Positions 28,059 to 36,889 of a stretch of 59,424 bases of DNA are shown in pieces (positions within the stretch are counted from its first letter, which is position 1; each line of letters starts with the position of its first letter). This stretch comes from Candidatus Micrarchaeota archaeon (GTDB taxonomy: Archaea; Micrarchaeota; Micrarchaeia; Micrarchaeales; CABMGC01): contig JAJZIU010000002.1 of NCBI GenBank assembly GCA_021810455.1, forward strand, positions 1-59,424. Direction: 5' to 3'. The notes beneath the pieces are model-generated. The model was not told the DNA's origin, searched no databases, and worked only from the letters and a program-made list of their open reading frames with translations. The position numbers and the translations under genes are program-made.

Positions 28059-29438
28059 ATGAAATTCGAGATAGATTATAAAACAATAGAGAGTGTTGCT
28101 GGACCGTTGATAGTAGTAGGAAGGGTAGGAAATGCCGCGTACAATGAGATAGTTAAAATAAAAATGCAGGATGGCGAATACAGGCTGGGCCAGGTTCTTG
28201 ACACCAGTGATCAGCATGCGATTGTGCAGGTGTTCGGGCCTACGCACGGAATAGACATAAGGGATACGGCAGTGACATTCTTAGGCGATACGTTTAAAAC
28301 AGGTGTAAGCGAGGAAATGCTGGGTAGAATATTCGATGGACAGGGAAGGTCTATAGACTCAGGATCCTCGATTACGTACTCAGATAAAAGAGATATAAAC
28401 GGCGAACCGATAAATCCAGCAGCAAGAGGAATGCCAAGCGATTTCATAGAGACAGGCATTTCAACAATAGACGGACTGAATACACTTGTCAGAGGGCAGA
28501 AATTGCCATTGTTCACAGGATCAGGGCTTCCGCACAACATGCTTGCAGCGCAGATAACAAGACAGGCTAGAGTCAAAGATCAGAGTGAAGGATTCGCAGT
28601 GGTTTTTGCAGGTATAGGAATCACTTACGATGATGCGGATTACTTCATAAAAGAATTTAGGAAAACAGGAGCACTAAAGAGAACGATAGCATTCATTAAC
28701 TTGGCGGGAGATCCCAGCATAGAAAGAATATTAACACCAAGACTTGCGCTTACAACCGCAGAGTATCTCGCGTTTGAGAAGAACATGCACGTCCTAGTTA
28801 TACTAAATGATATGACCAACTATGCCGAAGCATTAAGAGAGTTATCTAGTGCAAGAGAGGAGGTACCAGGAAGGAGGGGATATCCAGGATATATGTATAC
28901 GGATTTGGCAAGCATTTTTGAAAGAGCAGGGATAGTGAAGGGCAAGAAAGGCAGTATAACACAATTGAGCATAGAAACGATGCCGAGTGATGATGTCACA
29001 CACCCGATAATAGACCTCACAGGATACATAACAGAGGGACAGATGTTCCTTGACAGAAATCTGAATAACAAGGGGATATACCCTCCGATAAATCCGATAG
29101 GATCGTTATCAAGACTTATGAATTTCGGGATAGGAAAGGGAAAAACCAGAGAAGACCATAGAGGAGTTGCAGACCAACTTTATGGAGCTTATGCAAGGGC
29201 GCAGGATGCAAAGAACCTAAGCTCAATAGTAGGTGCAGAGGCATTGAGTGAGAGCGATAGGAGATACCTTGAATTTGGAGAGGCTTTTGAAAACAGATTC
29301 ATAAGACAGGGTTTTGATGAAAGCAGAACAATAGAAGAAACCCTCACGATAGGTTGGGAGTTGCTTTCCATGCTTCCTGAAAGCGAATTGACAAGAATAA
29401 AAGAGGAGTACGTAAAGAAGTATTACAAAAAGGGCTAA
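28059..29438 (+). CDS. atpB: A/V-type ATP synthase subunit B
   Basis: [56 protein letters not shown]. Confidence 0.98.
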   Translation: MKFEIDYKTIESVAGPLIVVGRVGNAAYNEIVKIKMQDGEYRLGQVLDTSDQHAIVQVFGPTHGIDIRDTAVTFLGDTFKTGVSEEMLGRIFDGQGRSIDSGSSITYSDKRDINGEPINPAARGMPSDFIETGISTIDGLNTLVRGQKLPLFTGSGLPHNMLAAQITRQARVKDQSEGFAVVFAGIGITYDDADYFIKEFRKTGALKRTIAFINLAGDPSIERILTPRLALTTAEYLAFEKNMHVLVILNDMTNYAEALRELSSAREEVPGRRGYPGYMYTDLASIFERAGIVKGKKGSITQLSIETMPSDDVTHPIIDLTGYITEGQMFLDRNLNNKGIYPPINPIGSLSRLMNFGIGKGKTREDHRGVADQLYGAYARAQDAKNLSSIVGAEALSESDRRYLEFGEAFENRFIRQGFDESRTIEETLTIGWELLSMLPESELTRIKEEYVKKYYKKG

Positions 29439-29439
29439 C

Positions 29440-30051
29440 ATGCAACAAAGAGTAAATCCGACGAGAATGAATCTTATAACTACAAAGCGTAGAATAAGAA
29501 CGGCCAATAGAGGTTACTCGATACTTAAGAAAAAACGTGAAGCGTTGGTGCTAGAGTTCATGAAGTTGTTGAAACACTCCGGAAATGATAGAGATTATCT
29601 TAACACACTTATGCAAAGATCTTATAAAACAGTAATAGTTGCTTCTGCATATGTGGGCAATTTCGAACTTGAGGAAACCGCATACCATGTAAAAGAAACC
29701 GAATCGGTTAGCATGTCGGTGAGGAACATAATGGGGGTAAAGATACCAGAAGCCGTACGCATGAAGAATAAAGGTCACATAGATCTGATATCATCAAGTA
29801 TTGCGGTTGAAGATATCAATGATTCGTTCGGCGATTTGATAGATACAGTAATAGACGTAGCGAGGAAGGAACAGGGATTAAGGAGATTGGTTTTAGAAGT
29901 GGAAAAAACCAAGAGAAGAGTTAATGCTCTCGACTACATAGTAATCCCGAATCTTAAAAATCAGTCAAAGTACATAGCCATGCGTCTTGAGGAAATAGAC
30001 AGGGACATGTTTTCAGCCTTAAAGCACGTCAAGAAGAAGCTTGGAAAATGA
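29440..30051 (+). CDS. atpD: A/V-type ATP synthase subunit D
   Basis: VNPTRMNL, LKKKREAL, NIMGVKIP, KTKRRVNALDY. Confidence 0.96.
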   Translation: MQQRVNPTRMNLITTKRRIRTANRGYSILKKKREALVLEFMKLLKHSGNDRDYLNTLMQRSYKTVIVASAYVGNFELEETAYHVKETESVSMSVRNIMGVKIPEAVRMKNKGHIDLISSSIAVEDINDSFGDLIDTVIDVARKEQGLRRLVLEVEKTKRRVNALDYIVIPNLKNQSKYIAMRLEEIDRDMFSALKHVKKKLGK

Positions 30052-30201
30052 GATGTAGTTTTACCAATGATTAATCGGACAGATTACAATGCAAAATTGG
30101 TAATAGTTACGAACAGCGAGAAGGTAAAAGAGTCTGTGGAAAGGCAAAGCAAAGGCAAAACAGAGTGCATAGTGATCAGGTAAACTTAGCCAAAAGACGA
30201 A

Positions 30202-30309
30202 TTTGGACTCCACCTAAACCGGGAATTCAGGTGTAGTTTTGGAAGAAACCCACTCGACAAACGAGACTACACCAAAAAGCAAGAGCTATAATAGAAGGTG
30301 GAGTCCAAA
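30202..30309. repeat. 108-bp nested inverted-repeat element (MITE-like or structured RNA)
   Basis: TTTGGACTCCACCT (30202-30215) is the exact reverse complement of AGGTGGAGTCCAAA (30296-30309); inner stem GGTGTAGT (30230-30237)/ACTACACC (30266-30273). Confidence 0.75.
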
Positions 30310-30444
30310 CCCATTTTCTACGTCATTCAACGCTTTATTAAAAATGTGTATTATTCCATTTAATTACAGCAATAGATACCTACAGTACGTGCAATCAATG
30401 TATTCGACTTCTCATGAAGATGTAAACATCTATGTAAAAACGCC

Positions 30445-30645
30445 GTTCTAATGTAACATCATACTCGACAAACACCTTTTTATAACATTTCGTGAAGTTT
30501 TATTACTTGTGAGGAGCCACACAACATACATCTATAAGCAGCCTAGGGTGCAGTTCGATTAGTTGTTTTGTTGGGGTGCAGTCAGTTGGGAGACCTCGGC
30601 GGGTCGCGTTTAATAAAGCACTTCCTCATTTCCTCACCTTATAGA
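30445..30645 (-). ncRNA. Candidate bridge RNA/seekRNA in the 3' non-coding region of the IS1111-type element
   Basis: Minus-strand segments CAACTG, AAACA, ATAGATG, CCTCA match, in order, left target, right target (reverse complement), left donor and right donor (reverse complement); exact RNA ends unknown. Confidence 0.65.
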
Positions 30646-31499
30646 TTACTTGCCATAGCTCTCGCCGTAGGGTTCACCTCTCGTAAGTATCCAATACATG
30701 ATCTCTACCAATTTTCCTTGCAACTGAGACTATCGCTCTCTGATGGCCTTTCCTGCGCTTCTTCCTAAGGTAAAGTTTCCTGAATCTTCCTGAACACCTG
30801 ATGGCTGCGTTTGCACCCTGGATCAATATGCGGCGCGGTTGTTTGTCTCAGTGTACAAGTCCGCTATCAAATCTTGTTTCTCCAGACTGATATATTCTTG
30901 GTACAAGGCACGCATAACTTGCCAGTTCCTCGTCCGATGCAACTCTGCCGATATAGTCTATGGTAGACACGATATGTACAGCAGAGTAATAACTTATGCC
31001 TGGAATGGTGTCCAGCAACTGCGCCTCTTTTGAGGCGTTGTATATGCCCCTCTTATTTTTACATCGTAGTCCCCAATATGACCTGTCAAAGTTCCTCAGA
31101 TATGTACGAGTCTATTCCCCTCCGTTGGCGGATAGTGTCACGAATTTTCCTAGTCTTTTCTTCTGGAATGTGGCACTGAGGCACAGTCCCCACCCTGCAA
31201 AGATCCGCAAGTTTCTTTGCATCAGTGCGATCTGTCTTCTTTTCTGAGTCATAAATCAGCTTCATCTTCGAAGGATTTGCGACAACAACATCGGCATTTA
31301 CCTCTCTCAGGCAGTCCAACACAAACATCCCATGCGTCGATGCCACCAAGACGAATTTGTTGCGCTTACCTGTCTTTCCGATGAGTTTACCAACGCCCTC
31401 TTTGGAAGTCGGGAACGTCCTATCAAGCCTTACGTTGCCGTTTCGGTCTGTACCAACGCACACAATTTCGTTCTTGCTTATATCAAGTCCTACATACAT
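30646..31499 (-). pseudogene. IS110-family recombinase/transposase pseudogene
   Basis: RuvC-like N-terminus (YVGLDISK, ANP, KTDRTDAKKLA); C-terminal domain in another frame (LLDTIPGI...ASYACLVPRIYQSG...AIVSVARK/LVEIMYWILTRGEPY*); frameshifts, TGA at 30848-30850, catalytic Glu apparently replaced by Val (VLVAST). Confidence 0.92.
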
Positions 31500-31609
31500 T
31501 TCAACACCTTTCTACATTATTATCGTATAAAGGCGTTTTTACATACCCTCAGTTGCGTATTTGTGGCCAGAACATAGCAACGCTTTTAAGCATTCTTATC
31601 GTATGGAAT

Positions 31610-32584
31610 GTGGATTCCGTGAATACGTACAGAAGAAAAAGTAGCTCTCTCTCTCTCTCTCTGGGAAGGCGCGACGGCAGATATAGCTTAAGACATTCAG
31701 TCTTTTTTCATCAGCATAAATCTACGTCAAGATCGCAAAGCGCAATGGAATACCTGATGACTTATGGATGGTCTATACTAATAATTGCAGTAGTTCTCGG
31801 CGCACTGTCGTTTCTCGGTGTGTTCAATCCTGTTACGTTTGCACCTAAGGCTGCACCTGGAAGTTGCCAGATTGTAAAGAATTCCGAATTAGGAATAAGC
31901 AACCTTGTAGGAAGCTGCAACAACCAAGTGCCGCAGTATGTCGCATCTCTTAACGGTTCAAGCAGCGACATAGTTATAACTAATCCAAACAGCCTTTCTA
32001 GTGATAATCTTACAGTAACTGCGTGGATTGACCCAACTGCAGCATCTACCGGAGGAGGCATAGCAGGCATTGTTAGCTACGGAAGTGGATGCAGCTCTAA
32101 TACGGCAGCATTAATCATGTGGAATGGATACTTGTATAAAGATGGTTGTGGAGACAATTATAATAGTATGTTAAAACCTAGCGCAAATGTTTGGGAATTT
32201 GTTGCCATGGTCGTAAACAGTACTGATACCCGCCTTTATCTAAATTCAGCTTACAATACATCAAATACTGCAGGTACACCTTACATATCTTCATTGGAGA
32301 TAAACATAGGTTGTGATATAGAACCATTAAGCGGCTGTCAGTCTGGAGATATGTTTGGAGGATACGTTGCCGATGTGCAGATATACAATACATCGCTTAC
32401 AAATTCTTCGGTGCAGGAATTGTATCGTGAAGGGTTAGGCGGATTGCCAATAAACCTTCAGAAACTGGTAAATTGGTACCCGCTGAATGGCAATGCCAAT
32501 GACTATTCCGGAAACCAGAATAACGGAGCGCAGACAAAGGTGGTGTACACAAGCAGTTGGTATGGCGGGTATACACAACCGTGA
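31610..32584 (+). CDS. Class III signal peptide (type IV pilin-like) protein with LamG/concanavalin-like domain, paralog 1
   Basis: RS|QSAMEYLMTYGW plus hydrophobic helix; LamG motifs TVTAWI, WEFVAMV, LYLN, FGGYVADVQIYNTSL; start uncertain (in-frame GTG at 31610 or 31619). Confidence 0.85.
   Translation: MDSVNTYRRKSSSLSLSLGRRDGRYSLRHSVFFHQHKSTSRSQSAMEYLMTYGWSILIIAVVLGALSFLGVFNPVTFAPKAAPGSCQIVKNSELGISNLVGSCNNQVPQYVASLNGSSSDIVITNPNSLSSDNLTVTAWIDPTAASTGGGIAGIVSYGSGCSSNTAALIMWNGYLYKDGCGDNYNSMLKPSANVWEFVAMVVNSTDTRLYLNSAYNTSNTAGTPYISSLEINIGCDIEPLSGCQSGDMFGGYVADVQIYNTSLTNSSVQELYREGLGGLPINLQKLVNWYPLNGNANDYSGNQNNGAQTKVVYTSSWYGGYTQP
31645..31662. repeat. (CT)9 microsatellite in the 5' coding region of the first pilin-like gene
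   Basis: ctctctctctctctctct read directly from the sequence. Confidence 0.9.
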
Positions 32585-32589
32585 TATTT

Positions 32590-35082
32590 ATGAAAACTTT
32601 TTCCAAAAATTTCATCAAAAATCAATCCGAGAAACTCTTTAGAAAAGAGTTTCATCAGAAATCGCAATCCGCAATGGAATACCTGATGACTTATGGATGG
32701 TCGATACTTGTAATCGCCATCATGGTTTCCTTTCTCTACTTCTTCGTTCTTGCACCTTCCAATTTAGTTCCTACTCGATGTACGACAAGCAGTGAACTAA
32801 ACTGCCAGGACATAGTGTTCGGTGCAAACCAACTACTTTCAAAAACAGTATTGTTCCTGACAAATGCGCAATTGCATCCAATCCAGAATCCCTCCATTTC
32901 AATTAATGTGAGCGGGGTCGGAGTCGGGAGTGGAACCTGCACCCCTAATTACGTACTTCCCGGAGGAGCAATAATCTGCAACGTCACCTTTACCAGACCG
33001 TTGCATTATGGGTCTTTAGTAGTGGGAAAAATACTGCTTAGTGGAAATGTATGCACGAATTTGGCAACAGGAGGATGCGCAAGCCCTCAATCACAGACTT
33101 ATCAGGGCAGCTTCAGTGCGCACGTAGTACCGATACTCAGCCAGACTGGACTTAACGTGACAATAATTTCGCAAGGGCCGTTCCTTGCCGACGGAAGTTT
33201 GTACAAGATAACTGCAAAGGTAAAACTCCTCGGTTATCCTCTTTCAGGCGCAACGGTCAACTTCACAAACACGGGCAACTGCGGAGTGATTTCGCAGCAG
33301 TACGCAACAACCGACAGCAACGGCAATGCGACTACGTACGTTTCAAGCACGTCGCAATGCAGCGGATCGATAAACGCAACGTTCGTGGGACACTCGAACA
33401 CCACAAAAGTTACGTTCCTGAAACCGGTTTATGCAACATTCAGCATGAACCAACCAAATACTGGTTACACAGTAGTTACTCTCAGTGGAGTTTCATTCTC
33501 CAACTTGCCAATAAAAATCGCATTTGCTCCAAATTCAACTGCATCATATTCATTCCAGTCAACAGTGCAGGACACGGCAAGTGAAAGGTACGCATTCTCA
33601 TCAGTTGTTAACAATTGCAACGGTGCCAATACGCAGTCAGGATCAATTACAATGACAAACAATTGCAGCGTAGTCGCATCCTACACACTGCAATACTACC
33701 TGACTGCATTTGCATCTCCAAGTAGCGGCGGCAGCGTATCCCCTGCAAGCAACTGGTACAACACGGGCACGCTTGTGCAGGAAAATGCATATGCCACGTC
33801 CAATTATCAGTTCAACAACTGGGCAATCAATCCGACTTCCGCAGGAAGCAGCACCACTTCATCAATAACATTGAACGTTTCAACTCCGGTCAGCGCAGAG
33901 GCAGTGTTCCAAACCACCACATCAACATCCACGAGTACAACCACTTCCACTTCAACATCAACTACAAGTACGACAACATCAACAACCACTTCAACATCTA
34001 CGACCACCTCAACTTCCACTTCCACAAGTACAACAATAACTACACTTACCACATCTTCTACAACAACATCCACAACAACTAGTACAAGCACCAGTACTTC
34101 CACCACAACGATATATTATGCAAACAAGGTAATCGACACTATTGCGGTAGGCAACGACCCAGCTGGAGTGGCATTCAGCCCATCAGGCAACCTTGCATAC
34201 GTTGCGAATGAGGGCAGTTCCACAGTAAGTGTAATCAGCGTAGCTACCAATACAGTCATAGACACTATTACAGTACCTCACGGTGTTTACAGGGTAGCAT
34301 TTAATCCTTCAGGCACACTGGCGTACGTTACGAACAATCAAGATGGTCCGTCTGGAAATACAAGTATAATCAACGTAGGCACTAACACAGTCACTGGAGT
34401 TATTACTTCAAACGTAGGGTGGCCGAATGGGTGGACAGGGGGCGTATATCCGAGTGGCGTGGCATTCAATCCCAATGGCACCACAGCATTCATCGCATAT
34501 CATGGAGTCTGCAACGGTGCGGATCGTGGCAATGAAGTGGTTGGAGTGATCAACGTAGCCACAGATGCAATGATAGGCTATATTTCTGGAAATGGATGTC
34601 CAAACAGCATAGCATTCAGCCCCTCAGGCAACCTTGCATACGTTACGCTTGCTTATGCAGGTGGGGCAGTGGAAGTGCTCGCAATCAGTGGAACCACAGT
34701 TACAAATCCGAACAACATTAACATAGGCACCTATCCTACTGACAGTGTGGCATTTAATCCTTCAGGCACACTGGCATACGTTTCTGATGGTGGCAACGCC
34801 ACAGTAAGTGTAATCAATGTAGCTACCAATACAGTAACGAAAAATATCGGCGTAGGAGTCTCTCCGTACGGCATGGCCTTAAACCCCTCTGGCACACTGG
34901 CATACGTCTCAAACTATGTCAACAACACCGTAACGGTAGTTAATGTAACCACAGGTACAATCACGAACATTGTTGGCGTAGGCACCCAGCCGGGTTTCGT
35001 GGCTATAGATCCAACATATAACATTGCATACGTTACGAATTCCAACAGCAATACGGTGAGTGTGATATCAACGTATCCATAA
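32590..35082 (+). CDS. Large class III signal peptide surface protein: Ig-like domains, Thr/Ser-rich linker and YVTN-type beta-propeller
   Basis: KS|QSAMEYLMTYGW; Big-1-like GATVNF...TTDSNGNAT; T/S run at ~33913-34110; seven repeats of the type P.GVAF.PSG.LAYV.N....TVSVI..ATNTV. Confidence 0.88.
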   Translation: MKTFSKNFIKNQSEKLFRKEFHQKSQSAMEYLMTYGWSILVIAIMVSFLYFFVLAPSNLVPTRCTTSSELNCQDIVFGANQLLSKTVLFLTNAQLHPIQNPSISINVSGVGVGSGTCTPNYVLPGGAIICNVTFTRPLHYGSLVVGKILLSGNVCTNLATGGCASPQSQTYQGSFSAHVVPILSQTGLNVTIISQGPFLADGSLYKITAKVKLLGYPLSGATVNFTNTGNCGVISQQYATTDSNGNATTYVSSTSQCSGSINATFVGHSNTTKVTFLKPVYATFSMNQPNTGYTVVTLSGVSFSNLPIKIAFAPNSTASYSFQSTVQDTASERYAFSSVVNNCNGANTQSGSITMTNNCSVVASYTLQYYLTAFASPSSGGSVSPASNWYNTGTLVQENAYATSNYQFNNWAINPTSAGSSTTSSITLNVSTPVSAEAVFQTTTSTSTSTTTSTSTSTTSTTTSTTTSTSTTTSTSTSTSTTITTLTTSSTTTSTTTSTSTSTSTTTIYYANKVIDTIAVGNDPAGVAFSPSGNLAYVANEGSSTVSVISVATNTVIDTITVPHGVYRVAFNPSGTLAYVTNNQDGPSGNTSIINVGTNTVTGVITSNVGWPNGWTGGVYPSGVAFNPNGTTAFIAYHGVCNGADRGNEVVGVINVATDAMIGYISGNGCPNSIAFSPSGNLAYVTLAYAGGAVEVLAISGTTVTNPNNINIGTYPTDSVAFNPSGTLAYVSDGGNATVSVINVATNTVTKNIGVGVSPYGMALNPSGTLAYVSNYVNNTVTVVNVTTGTITNIVGVGTQPGFVAIDPTYNIAYVTNSNSNTVSVISTYP

Positions 35083-35111
35083 TAAGTACAATCACAAACT
35101 CAGGATATATT

Positions 35112-36017
35112 ATGAATAAGTCGCAATCAGCAATGGAATACCTGATGACTTATGGATGGAGTATACTCATTGTTGCAGTGGTATTGGGCGCACTGTCGTT
35201 TCTCGGTGTGTTCAAACCTGTTACGTTTGCGCCCAAAGCTGCACCTGGAAGTTGTCAGATTGTAAAGAATTCCGAATTGGGAATAAGCAACCTTGTAGGA
35301 AGCTGCAACAACCAGGTGCCACAGTATGTTGCATATTTTGATGGCAAAGGAGCATATGCAAATCTTGGAAACAGCCCTACACTTAGTCCCGAAGCAGGTA
35401 CCGAGGGTAAGATGACTTTTTGTATGTGGTATAAAATAAATTCGCTTTCTGGTTATGCAGGCCCGATGCTTAAAGGTGCATATTCTCCAAGCGATGGGAA
35501 TTACTGGGAATATACTCTTGATCAAGGTGGAGGCTCCGAAGGTTTTACTGTGTGGGCTGCAGATGGCGCAACAATCGCATCAGCATCGAGCGATTATTAT
35601 TCATTCAGCTATCTATTAAATCAGTGGGTTTTTGCATGCTTCACCTACGACTACACTGCAGGATCTTCGTATTACTACGTAGGTTATCCAGGGTACTCTG
35701 CACCGATACCTTTCAATTCTCCCGTGTCTGGGATGGCAAGTCAAGGCACTGGATCACTGGTTCTGGGTGCTGGTGAAGGTGGGTATTCAAATGTCAGCAT
35801 ATCTAATGTTCAAATGTATAATACATCATTAAGCAGTTCAGCAATAAATTCCTTATACCAGGAAGGCATTGGAGGAGTACCCATAGATTCGCAGAATTTG
35901 GTAGGCTGGTGGCCGCTGAATGGAAATGCTAACGATTATTCAGGGAACAGTAATGATGGGATCGCCACTAATGTGATATTCACGAGCAATTGGTATGGTG
36001 GATACACGCAACCGTGA
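35112..36017 (+). CDS. Class III signal peptide LamG-domain protein, paralog 2
   Basis: KS|QSAMEYLMTYGW; ISNVQMYNTSL, LVGWWPLNGNANDYSG, WYGGYTQP. Confidence 0.88.
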   Translation: MNKSQSAMEYLMTYGWSILIVAVVLGALSFLGVFKPVTFAPKAAPGSCQIVKNSELGISNLVGSCNNQVPQYVAYFDGKGAYANLGNSPTLSPEAGTEGKMTFCMWYKINSLSGYAGPMLKGAYSPSDGNYWEYTLDQGGGSEGFTVWAADGATIASASSDYYSFSYLLNQWVFACFTYDYTAGSSYYYVGYPGYSAPIPFNSPVSGMASQGTGSLVLGAGEGGYSNVSISNVQMYNTSLSSSAINSLYQEGIGGVPIDSQNLVGWWPLNGNANDYSGNSNDGIATNVIFTSNWYGGYTQP

Positions 36018-36021
36018 TAGA

Positions 36022-36885
36022 ATGAAATCGCAAAGTGCAATGGAGTATTTGATGACCTATGGATGGTCGATACTCATTATCGCAGTAGTGCTCGGTGCGC
36101 TTTCATTTCTCGGTATATTCAATCCTTTGACATTTGCACCTAAGGCAACTGCCGGCAATTGCCAAGTGATAAGGAACGGTGAACTTGGAATAAGCAATCT
36201 GGAAGGTAGTTGCAACAACCAAGTGCCGCAGTATGTCGCACGATTCATAGGTTATAACAACATCCCGACAACAGATGCGCAGAAACTGACTTCATTTACA
36301 ATGTTGGACTGGTTTTATGATAACTCTGGAAACCAGCTCGGAAGTGTGCAGCAATCGAAATGTGGAGTGACAGTAGGACCTGCATGGAGCTGGTGTAGCG
36401 GAGGATGGGCTTGTTTCGATCCATGCTCATGCTACCTAAGCTCGACAGGACAGGCAATAGGATGCAATGGCTATGCACAGGTAAGTGGATTGCCAAATAC
36501 GTGGAATATGGTGGCTGTGAGCGTTGCGGTGAATGGCACCGTTTTTATGTACGACTTTGTAAATGGAAAGGAGTACTCGAATTCATATTCTTTCGGACAA
36601 GGAATATACGCATCTTCGGGAAGCGTGAATATTGGAGATTGGCCCGGATGGTTGTTTGATGGTATGGTTTCTAATGTGCAGATATACAATACCTCACTGA
36701 GTAATGTTGCGATAGAAGCCATGTACAACGAAGGCATAGGAGGAGCTCCAGTAGATTTACAGAATCTCGTAGGATGGTGGCCACTGAATGGGAACGTTAA
36801 TGATTATTCAAATAGTGGTAATTCAGGAATGACTGAAAATCTGACATTTACAAGCAGTTGGTATGGTGGATACACGCAACCGTGA
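36022..36885 (+). CDS. Class III signal peptide LamG-domain protein, paralog 3 (Cys-rich core)
   Basis: KS|QSAMEYLMTYGW; FDGMVSNVQIYNTSL, LVGWWPLNGNVNDYS, WYGGYTQP. Confidence 0.88.
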   Translation: MKSQSAMEYLMTYGWSILIIAVVLGALSFLGIFNPLTFAPKATAGNCQVIRNGELGISNLEGSCNNQVPQYVARFIGYNNIPTTDAQKLTSFTMLDWFYDNSGNQLGSVQQSKCGVTVGPAWSWCSGGWACFDPCSCYLSSTGQAIGCNGYAQVSGLPNTWNMVAVSVAVNGTVFMYDFVNGKEYSNSYSFGQGIYASSGSVNIGDWPGWLFDGMVSNVQIYNTSLSNVAIEAMYNEGIGGAPVDLQNLVGWWPLNGNVNDYSNSGNSGMTENLTFTSSWYGGYTQP

Positions 36886-36889
36886 TAGA

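Larger units (their letters stand above)
30427..31551 (-). mobile_element. IS110-family, IS1111-type insertion sequence (decayed)
   Basis: 14-bp sub-terminal inverted repeats TATGTAAAAACGCC (30431-30444)/GGCGTTTTTACATA (31532-31545); short left end and ~215-nt right non-coding region; CA (TG on minus) dinucleotide at both junctions (30427-28, 31550-51). Confidence 0.88.

Noticed and set aside
30067..30451. Short ORFs after atpD (38 aa at 30067-30183; 70 aa at 30239-30451)
   Set aside because: No recognisable motifs; the longer one crosses the stem-loop element and the IS boundary; the shorter may be a gene remnant but cannot be supported
30568..31577. Plus-strand ORFs overlapping the IS
   Set aside because: Antisense to the transposase pseudogene, with no independent coding signal
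33807..34106. Val-rich minus-strand ORF
   Set aside because: Antisense shadow of the Thr/Ser linker codons
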